Shown here one piece after another: positions 46,151 through 57,797 of a DNA stretch of 64,000 nt (positions are counted from its first letter, which is position 1; each line of letters opens with the position of its first letter). Both the position numbers and the translations under genes were made by a program. The notes beneath the pieces were generated by a model. It worked only from the letters and a program-made list of their open reading frames with translations. It searched no databases and had not been told where the DNA came from. The stretch is from Macrostomum hystrix (lineage: Eukaryota; Animalia; Platyhelminthes). The stretch lies in assembly GCA_950097015.1 (NCBI GenBank), contig CATNEN010000010.1, positions 434,001 through 498,000 of the forward strand. The letters run 5' to 3'.

Positions 46151-48383
46151 CTAGTCAGGCGGGCGGGTAAATGCAGAGTCAGGTGCGGGCAGGCAGCTCT
46201 CGGAAATCTCCCACAGCCGGGCGCCGAACTGGTCGGCGATCTGCGCTGTCTCAGCGGGCAGCTCCTGAATGTCCAGCTCGCTGGAAGGGAGAAGAAAATA
46301 GAGGTGATTGATTGACGCAATGATTGATTGAAGGTACAGGTGAAAGTGATTATAGGAATAGTACAGATTGAAGTGAGAAGTGAGGGGTGAAGGGAGGAGT
46401 GAAGGGAGGAGTGAAGGGAGGAGTGAAGGGAGGAGTGAAGGGAGGAGTGAAGGGATGAGTGAAGGGAGGAGTGAATGGAGGATTGAAGTAATGGGTATAT
46501 AGAGAAGTGAAGGGATGGGTTGTGAGGAGGAAGGGAGGATTGTGGGAGAAGTGAAGAGTCCCGGTCATAAAAGCAGGATCAAACTCACTCCACAAGGCAG
46601 CCGGAGCGGCCCTCCATGTCGGGACTGACCACCGCCTTGATCACGGATCCTGCGCCCTGGAACGGCAGCTTGAAGGCCACAAAGTGCCAGAGGCTGAACA
46701 TGTAGCGGGAAATCCGGTACTTCTGATAGCGCATGCTCTGGTAATAGTCCGTGTTCGTGAAGCCCGGGTCCGCCGCGTTCACCGTCACGCTGGAGTCCTC
46801 GGCTGCGGGTTGGGCGGTTTGCAAATTTTAGCGCCTCGCTCAGCTTTTAAGCATTCTCACAGCTCACAGTAACCTGTTCTCACAGCTCACAGTACCCTGT
46901 TCTCACAGCTCACAGTACCCTGTTCTCACAGCTCACAGTACCCTGTTCTCACAGCTCACAGTAACCTGTTCTCACAGCTCACAGTACCCTGTTCTCACAG
47001 CTCACAGTACCCTGTTCTCACAGCTCACATTAACCTGTTCCCACAGCTCACAGTACCCTGTTCTCACAGCTCACAGTACCCTGTTCTCACAGCTCACAGT
47101 ACCCTGTTCTCACAGCTCACAGTAACCTGTTCTCACAGCTCACAGTAACCTGTTCTCACAGCTCACAGTACCCTGTTCTCACAGCTCACAATACCCTGTT
47201 CTCACAGCTCACAGCAGCTGATCTCACAGCTCACAGTAACCTGTTCTCACAGCTCACAGTACCCTGTTCTCACAGCTCACAGCAGCTGATCTCACAGCTC
47301 ACAGCAGCTGATCTCACAGCTCACAGCAGCTGATCTCACAGCTTACAGCAGCTGATCTCACAGCTCACAGCAGCTGAGCGCAGTTCCTCACCAGCCAGCC
47401 TTTTGCTCAGCTCCCGCACGAACATGAGCTGGAAGAGTTTGCTCTGCGCGTGGCTCTTCTCCGGGTCGAAGTTCTGCAGGCTGTTGAGCCGTTGCCAGTC
47501 CACCTCGCCTTTCAGCGCCTTCTTGCAGGTGACAACAACGATGCGCGACTTCGGCGCCAGCCGGTCGTGCTGCAGCATGAGGCGGGTGAGCAGATAGTTG
47601 CTGAGGTAGTTGACGCCCAGGTTGGTCTCCACCCGGTCCACGGTGAGGGTGGGCTTGTCGGACAGCTCCATGACGCCCGCGTTCAGCACCAGGGCGTCCA
47701 CGCGCTTGTCGGCCAGGTCGCCGCGGACAAAGTCCCGCACGGACTCGTGGCTGGCTAGGTCCAGCTCTGCGCAGCTCACCTTGGCGCCCATTGTCCGGTA
47801 GCGAATGTGACCGGCGGCATCGCGGCACTTTGCCAGGTTGCGGCAGGCCATGATGACGGTGGCTCCGCGCCTAGCCAGGTCCTTGGCTGTCGCCAGGCCG
47901 ATGCCGTCCGTGGCGCCCGTCACAACCACCGTGCGGTTCTCCAGCAGCTCCTGGCCGGTGTAGGAGCTGTACCAGTGCGACCTGGCCGCGAGAAATGGTG
48001 ATGTGGATGCCTTCGCAGTGACTTGAAATCACAACCCATATGACCTACTGTCAAAACCCCAACCCCAATGACCCACTATCGAAATTCCAACCCCAATGTC
48101 CCACTATCGTAATCCCAACCCCAATGTCCCACTATCGTAATCCCAACCCCAATGCCCCACTATCGAAATCCCAAACCCAATGTCCCACTGTCCCAACCCC
48201 AACCGACTATAACCCGAACCACTAACCCTAAACGACCCTATTCCCCACCTCCATCTCAAATCCCAAACGCTACGAATCTCACTTTGCGGTGCCCACGACC
48301 AGGTAGCCGATGCCGCCGCCCACAACGCCGAACACGATGCCCTTGTTGATGACGCCCCACAGTCGGAGCACAAAGGCGGACAT
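46151..48383 (-). CDS. RDH11/12/13-like short-chain dehydrogenase/reductase with N-terminal membrane anchor, 344 aa
   Basis: Exons 48283-48383, 47392-47981, 46589-46802, 46151-46280 (phases 2,1,2). TGATDGIG Rossmann motif, [28 protein letters not shown]. Confidence 0.88.
46855..47375. repeat. 23-bp minisatellite filling SDR intron 2
   Basis: Unit CTCACAGCTCACAGTACCCTGTT. Confidence 0.95.
48040..48240. repeat. Degenerate about 27-bp repeat in SDR intron 1
   Basis: AATCCCAACCCCAATGTCCCACTATCG variants. Confidence 0.8.
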
Positions 48384-48764
48384 GCCGAGCAGAGTTGGAT
48401 GTGAAGGAAAGCCAATCAAAGGCACCAAGACTAGCAGCTGGGGTGGGGCGGAATGGCTGGAACGGGCAAGTGTGAGCACTGCGGGCCGGCCTCCCTTCAC
48501 TCAGTATCTTTTGCTGCAGTGCAGCACGGCATATTCTGATAAATTACGCAAGCTTAGGTTCAATGAACAATACAAGAAATACTTATTAACCAGACAGAAT
48601 GAGAAAAAACTTGCTCCACGATTTTACATACTCGTCGAGTGTTTATTTCATTTTTTAATGTCTTTTAGGCAACAAAGGCATGCGAAACCAACTGTACACA
48701 GAAACAAAAACATCCATTTCATCTGTTAAGAACTGAACTAATTGTCAAAACACAGCCGACACAA

Positions 48765-48990
48765 TCTAGCGTCAGATCTGCAGCACAGTCTAGTGTCAGA
48801 TCTGCAGCACAGTCTAGTGTCAGATCTGCAGCACAGTCTAGTGTCAGATCTGCAGCACAGTCTAGTGTCAGATCTGCAGCACAGTCTAGTGTCAGATCTG
48901 CAGCACAGTCTAGTGTCAGATCTGCAGCACAGTCTAGTGTCAGATCTGCAGCACAGTCTAGTGTCAGATCTGCATCACAGTGTAGTGTCA
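48765..48990. repeat. 24-bp minisatellite immediately 3' of the DTD2 stop codon
   Basis: Unit GTCAGATCTGCAGCACAGTCTAGT, about 9 copies. Confidence 0.95.
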
Positions 48991-51116
48991 GAATTCCAAC
49001 ACATGGGAGAACGGGCCGTCCTGGCAGTCAGTGACGAGTCTCTGCGTGGCTCCATAGCGGCCGGCCAGAACGCTGCCTCCGCATTCCTGCAGCTGCTGTC
49101 GGAGCCGGTCCTCCAGCAGAGCGAACAGCTGCCGCCCGCTGTCCTTGTCGATGGTCGAGTGGTACTGGAAGCCACCCGCCTTGACTTTGCCGCCCAATGT
49201 GAAGTGCGGAATCAGCAGAAGGTCGCCGGGCAGGTCGCGGACTGACACGAGCTGCCCGGCCTCCGCAGATGCGGCAGTCAGCAGGCGAAGGCCGCAGACC
49301 TGCTTGGCGATGTCCTCAACTGTGGCCTCGGTGGCACCACGTAGGAAACAAACGAAAACTAGCAGACCGCGACCGATGCTGAGCTCCAGCTGCTGCTGCT
49401 GCTGCTGATCGCCAGCCGCAGGCTCAGGGTCCAGCCGAAGACAAGCTGATCTGCAGCGCTGAATCAAAAGTCTTGCAGCAGCCTGCGCAGTTTGGTCAGG
49501 TGGGGAAGGTGGGGAAGGCAGTGCTGAAGAATCAGGTGGGGAAGGCAGTGCTGAAGAATCAGGTGGGGAAGGCAGTGCTGAAGAATCAGGTGGGGAAGGC
49601 AGCACTGAAGAATCAGGTGGGGAAGGCAGTGCTGAAGAATCAGGTGGGGAAGGCAGCACTGAAGAATCAGGTGGGGAAGGCAGTGCTGAAGAATCAGGTG
49701 GGGAAGGCAGTGCTGAAGAATCAGGTGGGGAAGGCAGTGCTGAAGAATCAGGTGGGGAAGGCAGCACTGAAGAATCAGGTGGGGAAGGCAGCACTGAAGA
49801 ATCAGGTGGGGAAGGCAGCACTGAAGAATCAGGTGGGGAAGGCAGTTCTGAAGAATCAGGTGGGGAAGGCAGTGCTGAAGAATCAGGTGGGGAAGGCAGT
49901 GCTGAAGAATCAGGTGGGGAAGGCAGCACTGAAGAATCAGGTGGGGAAGGCAGTGCTGAAGAACCAGGTGGGGAAGGCAGTGCTGAAGAATCAGGTGGGG
50001 AAGGCAGTGCTGAAGAATCAGGTGGGGAAGGCAGCACTGAAGAATCAGGTGGGGAAGGCAGTGCTGAAGAATCAGGTGGGGAAGGCAGTGCTGAAGAATC
50101 AGGTGGGTAAAATTCGTTGAAAAATTGACGAATGACAAAGACAATCAGAGGCGAATCTAAGTTAGTAAAATGCCAGAACCAGTTTGTATTTGCGTGCCTA
50201 CAGCGACAATAAAACAAAACAATAGTAGAGGTTTGAGTATCAACAGTATAAACATCCAAGAAAACTGAATATAGCTCATAAATAGAAAACAACCACGTTG
50301 CGCTTTAAGAAGTGCGCACAAATGTTATAAAATGTTCTGTCCAATCAATAGAAATTACCAGTTGCTAGGAAACTGCGGCGTTAATGTAAAAATAAGTCAT
50401 AACGCCTTTAACAAAGTGGACTGAGTGAAGCTCGCACACACGCAGCAGCGAAATAACTCAGTGAGACATGGGGCTGTGGCCTTAAAGCTGACACTCGAGG
50501 GGCGGAACAGGGACAGGAACGAAGAAGCGGGATGAAGGTCAGCAGGGGATGCTGAAAGTCAGCAGGGGGATGCTGAAGGTCAGCAGGGGATGCTGAAGGT
50601 CAGCAGGGGATGCTGAAAGTCAGCAGGGGGATGCTGAAGGTCAGCAGGGGATGCTGAAGGTCAGCAGGGGATGTTGAAGGTCAGCAGTGGATGCTGAAGG
50701 TTAGCAGGGGATGCTGAAGGCCAGCAGGGGACGCTGAAGGTCAGCAGGGGATGCTGAAGGCCAGCAGGGGGATGCTGAAGGTTAGCAGGGGATGCTGAAG
50801 GTCAGCAGGGGATGCTGAAGGCCAGCAGGGGGATGCTGAAGGTTAGCAGGGGATGCTGAAGGTCAGCAGGGGATGCTGAAGGTCAGCAGGGGATGCTGAA
50901 GGCCAGCAGGGGGATGCTGAAGGTTAGCAGGGGATGCTGAAGGTTAGCAGGGGATGCTGAAGGCCAGCAGGAGATGTGAGCAACTATGAGGGCTGAGTTG
51001 AGATTCTGTTCGGAGGAGGCAGCGAACGAAGGCACAGTGGGAGCAGTTAGTAGCAGCAGGTGAGACCCACAGCAGCAAGTGCGTACAGCAGCAGCTTCTA
51101 GTGAGTCGCAATCCAT
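48988..51116 (-). CDS. DTD2: D-aminoacyl-tRNA deacylase 2 (ATD)-like, about 174 aa
   Basis: Main exon 48988-49482 ([48 protein letters not shown]) aligns by eye with human DTD2. The proposed first exon 51087-51116 ([10 protein letters not shown]|GTACGC, phase 0) is less certain. Confidence 0.82.
49500..50106. repeat. 27-bp minisatellite, about 22 copies
   Basis: Unit TCAGGTGGGGAAGGCAGTGCTGAAGAA. Confidence 0.96.
50535..50965. repeat. 20-22-bp minisatellite
   Basis: Unit GATGCTGAAGGTCAGCAGGG(G). Confidence 0.95.
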
Positions 51117-51286
51117 TACAATCACCGATCTGCTAGGCTAGAACTAAAGAACTAAGGCAAGGAACTTGTACCAAGTAATGTAAAACGACTCTAAGCAAGG
51201 GTTCCGCGGGAAGGCAGCGACAATTTATTGGGACCAACAAAAGGCCGGTAGCTCATATCACTCGCCAAATTTATTTTTAGCGGTCG

Positions 51287-52145
51287 ATGGAGCTGTCAGT
51301 CTCCTGAAGGGCAGGTGATGGAGCTGTCAGTCTCCCGAAGGGCAGGTGATGGAGCTGTCAGTCTCCTGAAGGGCAGGTGATGGAGCTGTCAGTCTCCCGA
51401 AGGGCAGGTGATGGAGCTGTCAGTCTCCTGAAGGGCAGGTGATGGAGCTGTCAGTCTCCTGAAGGGCAGGTGATGGAGCTGTCAGTCTCCTGAAGGGCAG
51501 GTGATGGAGCTGTCAGTCTCCCGAAGGGCAGGTGATGGAGCTGTCAGTCTCCTGAAGGGCAGGTGATGGAGCTGTCAGTCTCCCGAAGGGCAGGTGATGG
51601 AGCTGTCAGTCTCCTGAAGGGCAGGTGATGGAGCTGTCAGTCTCCTGAAGGGCAGGTGATGGAGCTGTCAGTCTCCCGAAGGGCAGGTGATGGAGCTGTC
51701 AGTCTCCTGAAGGGCAGGTGATGGAGCTGTCAGTCTCCTGAAGGGCAGGTGATGGAGCTGTCAGTCTCCTGAAGGGCAGGTGATGGAGCTGTCAGTCTCC
51801 TGAAGGGCAGGTGATGGAGCTGTCAGTCTCCTGAAGGGCAGGTGATGGAGCTGTCAGTCTCCCGAAGGGCAGGTGATGGAGCTGTCAGTCTCCTGAAGGG
51901 CAGGTGATGGAGCTGTCAGTCTCCTGAAGGGCAGGTGATGGAGCTGTCAGTCTCCCGAAGGGCAGGTGATGGAGCTGTCAGTCTCCTGAAGGGCAGGTGA
52001 TGGAGCTGTCAGTCTCCCGAAGGGCAGGTGATGGAGCTGTCAGTCTCCTGAAGGGCAGGTGATGGAGCTGTCAGTCTCCTGAAGGGCAGGTGATGGAGCT
52101 GTCAGTCTCCTGAAGGGCAGGTGATGGAGCTGTCGGTCTCCTGAA
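51287..52145. repeat. 31-bp minisatellite, about 27 copies
   Basis: Unit GATGGAGCTGTCAGTCTCCTGAAGGGCAGGT. Confidence 0.97.
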
Positions 52146-52216
52146 GGTCAGGGGGTTCTATTCTCCCAAAGCGGGGGCCCGCAGGCGTTGGAGCCCGGCA
52201 GTCACCCAGCCCGGGT

Positions 52217-54564
52217 TCACCGCTCGGCGAAGCGCACGATCATGAAATTGTTGCACCGCTGCAGGCCCAGCTTCTCGTAGAACGGCACCACGGCGTCCTT
52301 GCAGTCCAGGCTGACCTTGTAGATGCCCAGCCGGCGGGCCAGAGCCAGCAGGCAGTCCACCACCAGCTTGCCGAGCTCCCTGCCCCGGTGTGACTCCAGC
52401 ACGGCCACATCCTCGATGTGGCCCCGGCTGCTGCAGCTTCTGATGAACTTCTGCTCACGCAGCAGCGTTGCCGTGGCAACCGGCCGGCCGGCGAGGCTGG
52501 CGTCCTCCACCACCAGCACGTAGTAGGTGTCGGGGCAGGCCCGCATCGAGGCGAAGCGGCGCTCGAAGTCCGACAGGGTCACGTCGCCGATCTCCGTGAG
52601 CTCGCTGAGCAGGCTCATGTAGCCTGCGGGGGAGATGGGATTAGAAGTATCATGCGGGCAAGAATTAGTGCGGAGATTAAGGGCGGAAAAGGATGGAGAT
52701 GAGGGGTTGATTAGGGATTTTTCGGGGGTTAGGAAGTCAATGGATGGGATTAGGGGGATAGGGGTCAGAAAGGATAGATATGAGGAGATCAATTCAACAA
52801 CGCGAACCTCTGTCAAAGTCGCCGCTGCAGAGCGGCCGGAGCCGCAGGTCGCCCATGGCGGCCCACGTGCTGACGGGTGTTCTATACTTCGGGCCGGCCA
52901 GCTGCAGGTCCCGCAGCAGCAGCGGGTCGAACAGCGGCTGGTCCTCGTCGGCAGCCGCAGCGGGATCTGCCAGCTGCGGGGACTCCGACAGGCCGTTGGA
53001 CTGCGAGGCGGGGTTCGCCTGGAACAGCGCGGATAATCTTGAGTCACGCTGAGATCGCACCAATGTCAGAATCAGCTCAAATAAAAAATGCAAGCAAGTC
53101 GTCGATAGTTTACGTCATAATAAATCATAAAAACCTTTTTCTATTAAATATTTCTAATAAATAGTATTTATTTCTTTTTTTGTCATGAACCGCACGTACT
53201 GAAAAGGGAATTAAAAATAATGTTTCTAAGGATTACGAACTAGACATTCTGTAAACATAGTAGGAAAAAGTTTGATTTCAGGAATTTTTTAGATCAGAGC
53301 TCTGTGTAAAGAAGTCTTTTTGCAGTCTCAAATAGCACAACCCAGTAACAAATCAGACGGGCTACACTGGGGCTTTCTGGGTCTGCGGTGTACATTGGGT
53401 GTGAGGTCTGTGATGAAGGAGTGTACATTGGGTGTGAAGTCTGTGGTGAAGGAGTGTACATTGGGTGTGAGGTCTGTGGTGAAGGAGTGTACATTGGGTG
53501 TAAGGTCTGTGGTGAAGGAGTGTACATTGGGTGTGAGGTCTGTGGTGAAGGAGTGTACCTTGGGTGTAAGGTCTGTGGTGAAGGAGTGTACATTGGGTGT
53601 GAGGTCTGTGGTGAAGGAGTGTACCTTGGGTGTGAAGTCTGTGGTGAAGGAGTGTACATTGGGTGTGAGGTCTGTGGTGAAGGAGTGTACATTGGGTGTA
53701 AGGTCTGTGGTGAAGGAGTGTACCTTGGGTGTGAGGTCTGTGGTGAAGGAGTGTACCTTGGGTGTGAAGTCTGTGGTGAAGGAGTGTACATTGGGTGTGA
53801 GGTCTGTGGTGAAGGAGTGTACATTGGGTGTGAGGTCTGTGGTGAAGGAGTGTACATTGGGTGTGAGGTCTGTGGTGAAGGAGTGTACCTTGGGTGTGAA
53901 GTCTGTGGTGAAGGAGTGTACATTGGGTGTGAGGTCTGTGGTGAAGGAGTGTACATTGGGTGTGAGGTCTGTGGTGAAGGAGTGTACATTGGGTGTGAGG
54001 TCTGTGGTGAAGGAGTGTACATTGGGTGTGAGGTCTGTGGTGAAGGAGTGTACATTGGGTGTGAGGTCTGTGGTGAAGGAGTGTACATTGGGTGTGAGGT
54101 CTGTGGTGAAGGAGTGTACATTGGGTGTGAGGTCTGTGGTGAAGGAGTGTACATTGTGTGTAGGGTCTATTGTGAGGGAGTGTACATTGTGTGTGAGGTC
54201 TGCGGTAAGCGGGTGTACATTGTGTGTGAGGTATGTGGGCAGGGGTGTACATTGTGTGTGAGGTATGTGGGCAGGGGTGTACATTGTGTGTGAGGTATGT
54301 GGGCAGGGGTGTACATTGTGTGTGAGGTATGTGGGCAGGGGTGTACATTGTGTGTGAGGTATGTGGGCAGGGGTGTACATTGTGTGTGAGGTATGTGGGC
54401 AGGGGTGTACATTGTGTGTGAGGTATGTGGGCAGGGGTGTACATTGTGTGTGAGGTATGTGGGCAGGGGTGTACATTGTGTGTGAGGTATGTGGGCAGGG
54501 GTGTACATTGTGTGTGAGGTATGTGGGCAGGGGTGTACGTTGGGGTGTGCGGAGTGGCTGTCAT
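52217..54564 (-). CDS. GNPNAT1: Glucosamine-6-phosphate N-acetyltransferase
   Basis: Secure exons: 52217-52623, and one ending at 52808 (G|GTTCG) with acceptor at 53018 or 53037. [63 protein letters not shown] match human GNPNAT1. First exon 54539-54564 (MTATPHTP, phase 2) is tentative. Confidence 0.85.
53388..54540. repeat. Compound minisatellite: 33-bp unit changing to a 32-bp variant near 54150
   Basis: GTGTACATTGGGTGTGAGGTCTGTGGTGAAGGA, then GTGTACATTGTGTGTGAGGTATGTGGGCAGGG. Confidence 0.96.
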
Positions 54565-54931
54565 GTCATGCTGAAAATAATAAATTTATGACTGTGCGTT
54601 GAAAAGAAGCCAATGCTACGCAAATGCTCGAATGCTCCCTCAAGACATGGAAATTTCCTGCGAATCCGGACTCGCTGCAGCCGGCACAAGCGCAGTCTCA
54701 CAGCCTCGTAAAAATTGATTTCAAGAAAGCGAGAGGAGAGTCGTGCAACATCGCGCAAACGATATTAAATAATAGATGAGTGGCGAACAAGCCATGATCG
54801 GCTACTGAGTAATAAGTACAACTAATGAAAAACTACGAAACAGTGTTAAAATACAAGTTTCGAATGAGATTGGCAAAGTTGAAATCCTTTGCCCCGCAAA
54901 CACTGGGTCATCAGTCCGCATGCCTTCAGTG

Positions 54932-56657
54932 TCAGTCCGTCTGCTCCCGCACCACGAAGGAGGCCCAGCCGGGCGCCCGCTCGAAGCCGTTGCGGCCGTT
55001 CCTGTAGTCCTCCCTGGCCTGCTGCAGCTCGGCCCGGCTGCACATCACGAAGGGGCCCCACTGCTCCACCGGCTCTCCGAGCGGCCGGCCGGCGATCAGC
55101 ACGAAGCGGCAGGGGGCGGCGGCGCCCTTGACGGCCGCCACGCGGAGGGCCGGGCCAGACTGGTCCAGCAGCAGCGTCTCGTGCGCTTCGCCGACCACCG
55201 AGGCCCCGGCGGTGCCGAACTCAGCGCGGCCGCTGAGCACGAACACGAAGGCGTTCCAGGCTGGTGGCAGCGGCTGAGTGAAATCCTCGGCGCCTAAGGA
55301 TTAGTAATGGCGAATTCTATACAATATCCTCAGCACTGAATGATACTGCGATAAGGTATCCCAATCTAGCCCCAACTCTATACACTAGACAATTTTCCCT
55401 AACTCCTTAACTTCTTAATGCTCCTTAACTATTTCTGAGCCAGCAATATCTTGCCACAATTGCATCCATTTCAATCTGTTGAATTATCCGAATTTCAATC
55501 TTTACCCCCTCTAAAATATAGCGGTTGCATTTCTACCAGCCTACTGCCCAAGAGAGCCCAAGTAGCATGTTTGAATCGCAAGTGCTCCGTCTCACCTGGC
55601 TGCACAGTCACATCCAGGTAGATGGTCGGAGTGCGCGTGAACACGGGCGACTTGGCGCCAAGGGATTCACCAGCGATGACGCGGACTGAGACTCCGCCTC
55701 GGCTGACATTTGGAATGTCCGCTGCGCGAAGGTCCTGTCAATATGGTGCGGTATTGGAGTCTTAAAGAGAATGCCAGGTCAGCGCAGAGGAAAGGAAGCT
55801 GAGAGGGGGTGGGTGGCAGAGCGGTTAACGCGTTTGCCTCTCGCACCAATGTCCCTGAACTCGATTACGCGGCGAAGCCACATAAATTAGGGCGCAGCCG
55901 CCGAGACATGGCTTGGGGGCTTGTCGTCTAATTTACGCCCTTGAGGGCCAACCTCCAAGGCACAGTGAAAGTGTACACTGCCTGAAGAAGAGAAGTCAGG
56001 GCAGATGTACACATCTGTGTGCGTGTGTGCTCAGGAGTCAGCGAAAGGGGCAGAATTGACTCCTCGCTGGCTGGAGGTCTAGTGTTACCGATAACGATAT
56101 GTCATTGCCTGAAACCCTCATAAAATCAGCTGCTGAGGGGCAGGTGAGCAGCTGAGGGGCAGGTGAGCAGCTGAGGGGCAGGTGAGCAGCAGAGGGGCAG
56201 GTGAGCAGCTGAGGGGCAGGTGAGCAGCTGAGGGGCAGGTGAGCAGCAGAGGGGCAGGTGAGCAGCTCACCTGGTAGGCGGGCTCGCACATCTTGTCGGC
56301 GCGTGGCAGGTTGACCCAGAGCTGGAGGCCGCGGCACTCGGCCTGGCCGTGCGGCATCTCGCAGTGCAGAATGCCCCTGCCGGCCGTCATCCACTGCAGG
56401 TCGCCTGGCCCGATGACGCCTGCGTTGCCAAGGAAATCTTCGTGACGCACGGCGCCCTCCAACACGTAGGTGACGGTCTCGAAGCCGCGGTGCGGATGGT
56501 CGGGGAAGCCGGCTGGCGCGGAGCCGCGGAACTCGTCCAGCAGGAGGAACGGGTCGAGGCGGGGTGCCTCCGGCCGGCCGATGCTGCGGCGCACGCGGGC
56601 GCCGACGCCCTCGTCCTGCTCGATGCCCGGCAGCTTCTGCGTGACGCGGCGGGACAT
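54932..56657 (-). CDS. PIR: Pirin (bicupin), 295 aa
   Basis: Exons 56271-56657, 55596-55734, 54932-55293 (phases 0,1). EGVGARVRRSIG, LDPFLLLDEF, GFPDHPHRGFETVTY, WMTAGRGILHCE (metal ligands H, H, H, E), GPFVM. Confidence 0.95.
55808..55990 (+). mobile_element. tRNA-derived SINE, family 2, copy A (in pirin intron 1)
   Basis: A-box-like TGGCAGAGCGG and degenerate B box GAACTCGATTAC; roughly 80% identity by eye over about 110 bp to the inverted copy at 59254-59385. Confidence 0.65.
56130..56270. repeat. 19-bp minisatellite starting at the pirin intron 1 donor
   Basis: Unit GCTGAGGGGCAGGTGAGCA. Confidence 0.93.
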
Positions 56658-56914
56658 TTTGCTCGATCGATTTGCTTAGAGTCAGTTGCTAGGCGGCCTG
56701 CTTGATCGAAGCTGGATATTTCCAGGAAGCTGAAATCAAATCGATTTGGAAAATTTGTCTTGCAGTTGGGGTCCGTCTGGTTCGCCATTATAAGGGCCGC
56801 TTTGTTCTCTAACTGTTAGTGACTTTCTGTGCTCCCGTTAACTGGGCCTTTTTTGAATTGCTAAATCATGAAAACAAGCCCGGTGAAGAAAAAAAAGTTT
56901 CTGAAGGAGCCTTT

Positions 56915-57350
56915 GATTGGTCAGCAAATATGTGAATGTCTGATCAGCAGTGTGATTGGTCAGCAAATATGTGAATGTCTGATCAGCAGTGTGATTGGTC
57001 AGCAAATATGTGAATGTCTGATCAGCAGTGTGATTGGTCAGCAAATATGTGAATGTCTGATCAGCAGTGTGATTGGTCAGCAAATATGTGAATGTCTGAT
57101 CAGCAGTGTGATTGGTCAGCAAATATGTGAATGTCTGATCAGCAGTGTGATTGGTCAGCAAATATGTGAATGTCTGATCAGCAGCGTGATTGGTCAGCAA
57201 ATATGTGAATGTCTGATCAGCAGCGTGATTGGTCAGCAAATATGTGAATGTCTGATCAGCAGCGTGATTGGTCAGCAAATATGTGAATGTCTGATCAGCA
57301 GCGTGATTGGTCAGCAAATATGTGAATGTCTGATCAGCAGTGTGATTGGT
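56915..57350. repeat. 39-bp minisatellite, about 11 copies
   Basis: Unit TGATTGGTCAGCAAATATGTGAATGTCTGATCAGCAGTG. Confidence 0.96.
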
Positions 57351-57797
57351 CACAAAAGCCGAATAACAGAGTAACAAAACTAACAGTTGCAAAGCATTGA
57401 ACTTGTAAAACTTGTGTTCGTAATTCTTGAGCAGTGAAACAAAATCCCTGACTTAAAAACAAATGAGTTGATTTAAAGAAAGAAAACAAAAATATTCGCT
57501 TTTTTTGCCGCACAGCAGCCGCTTCCAGTGGCTGGAGAGCGTACGAATCAGAGCCCGCACTGCTCTGAACAGATATTTGTCGCAAAAATGTTTATTAAAT
57601 AAACAACACAACGAAGAAAAAATTATGAAACAAATGATTAATTCACACAGAACCACAATAAAAATATCCAATAAAAATACGCAATTGCAGGAAAAGGTAT
57701 TCAATTCAAGCAAGCAACCAAAGAGTGTCTCAGCTGCTAGTAAATTAACTAAGCAATTACTGCACGGAAGCCGCTTGTTTTGGTCAGTGAAAGCTCA

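Noticed and set aside
48283-48383. A separate small Gly-rich membrane protein gene
   Set aside because: It splices in phase 2 to the SDR exon at 47981 and supplies the N-terminal anchor.
54932-56657. Bacterial horizontal transfer or contamination for pirin, GNPNAT1 or DTD
   Set aside because: They contain spliceosomal introns with host repeats and follow the animal orthologs.
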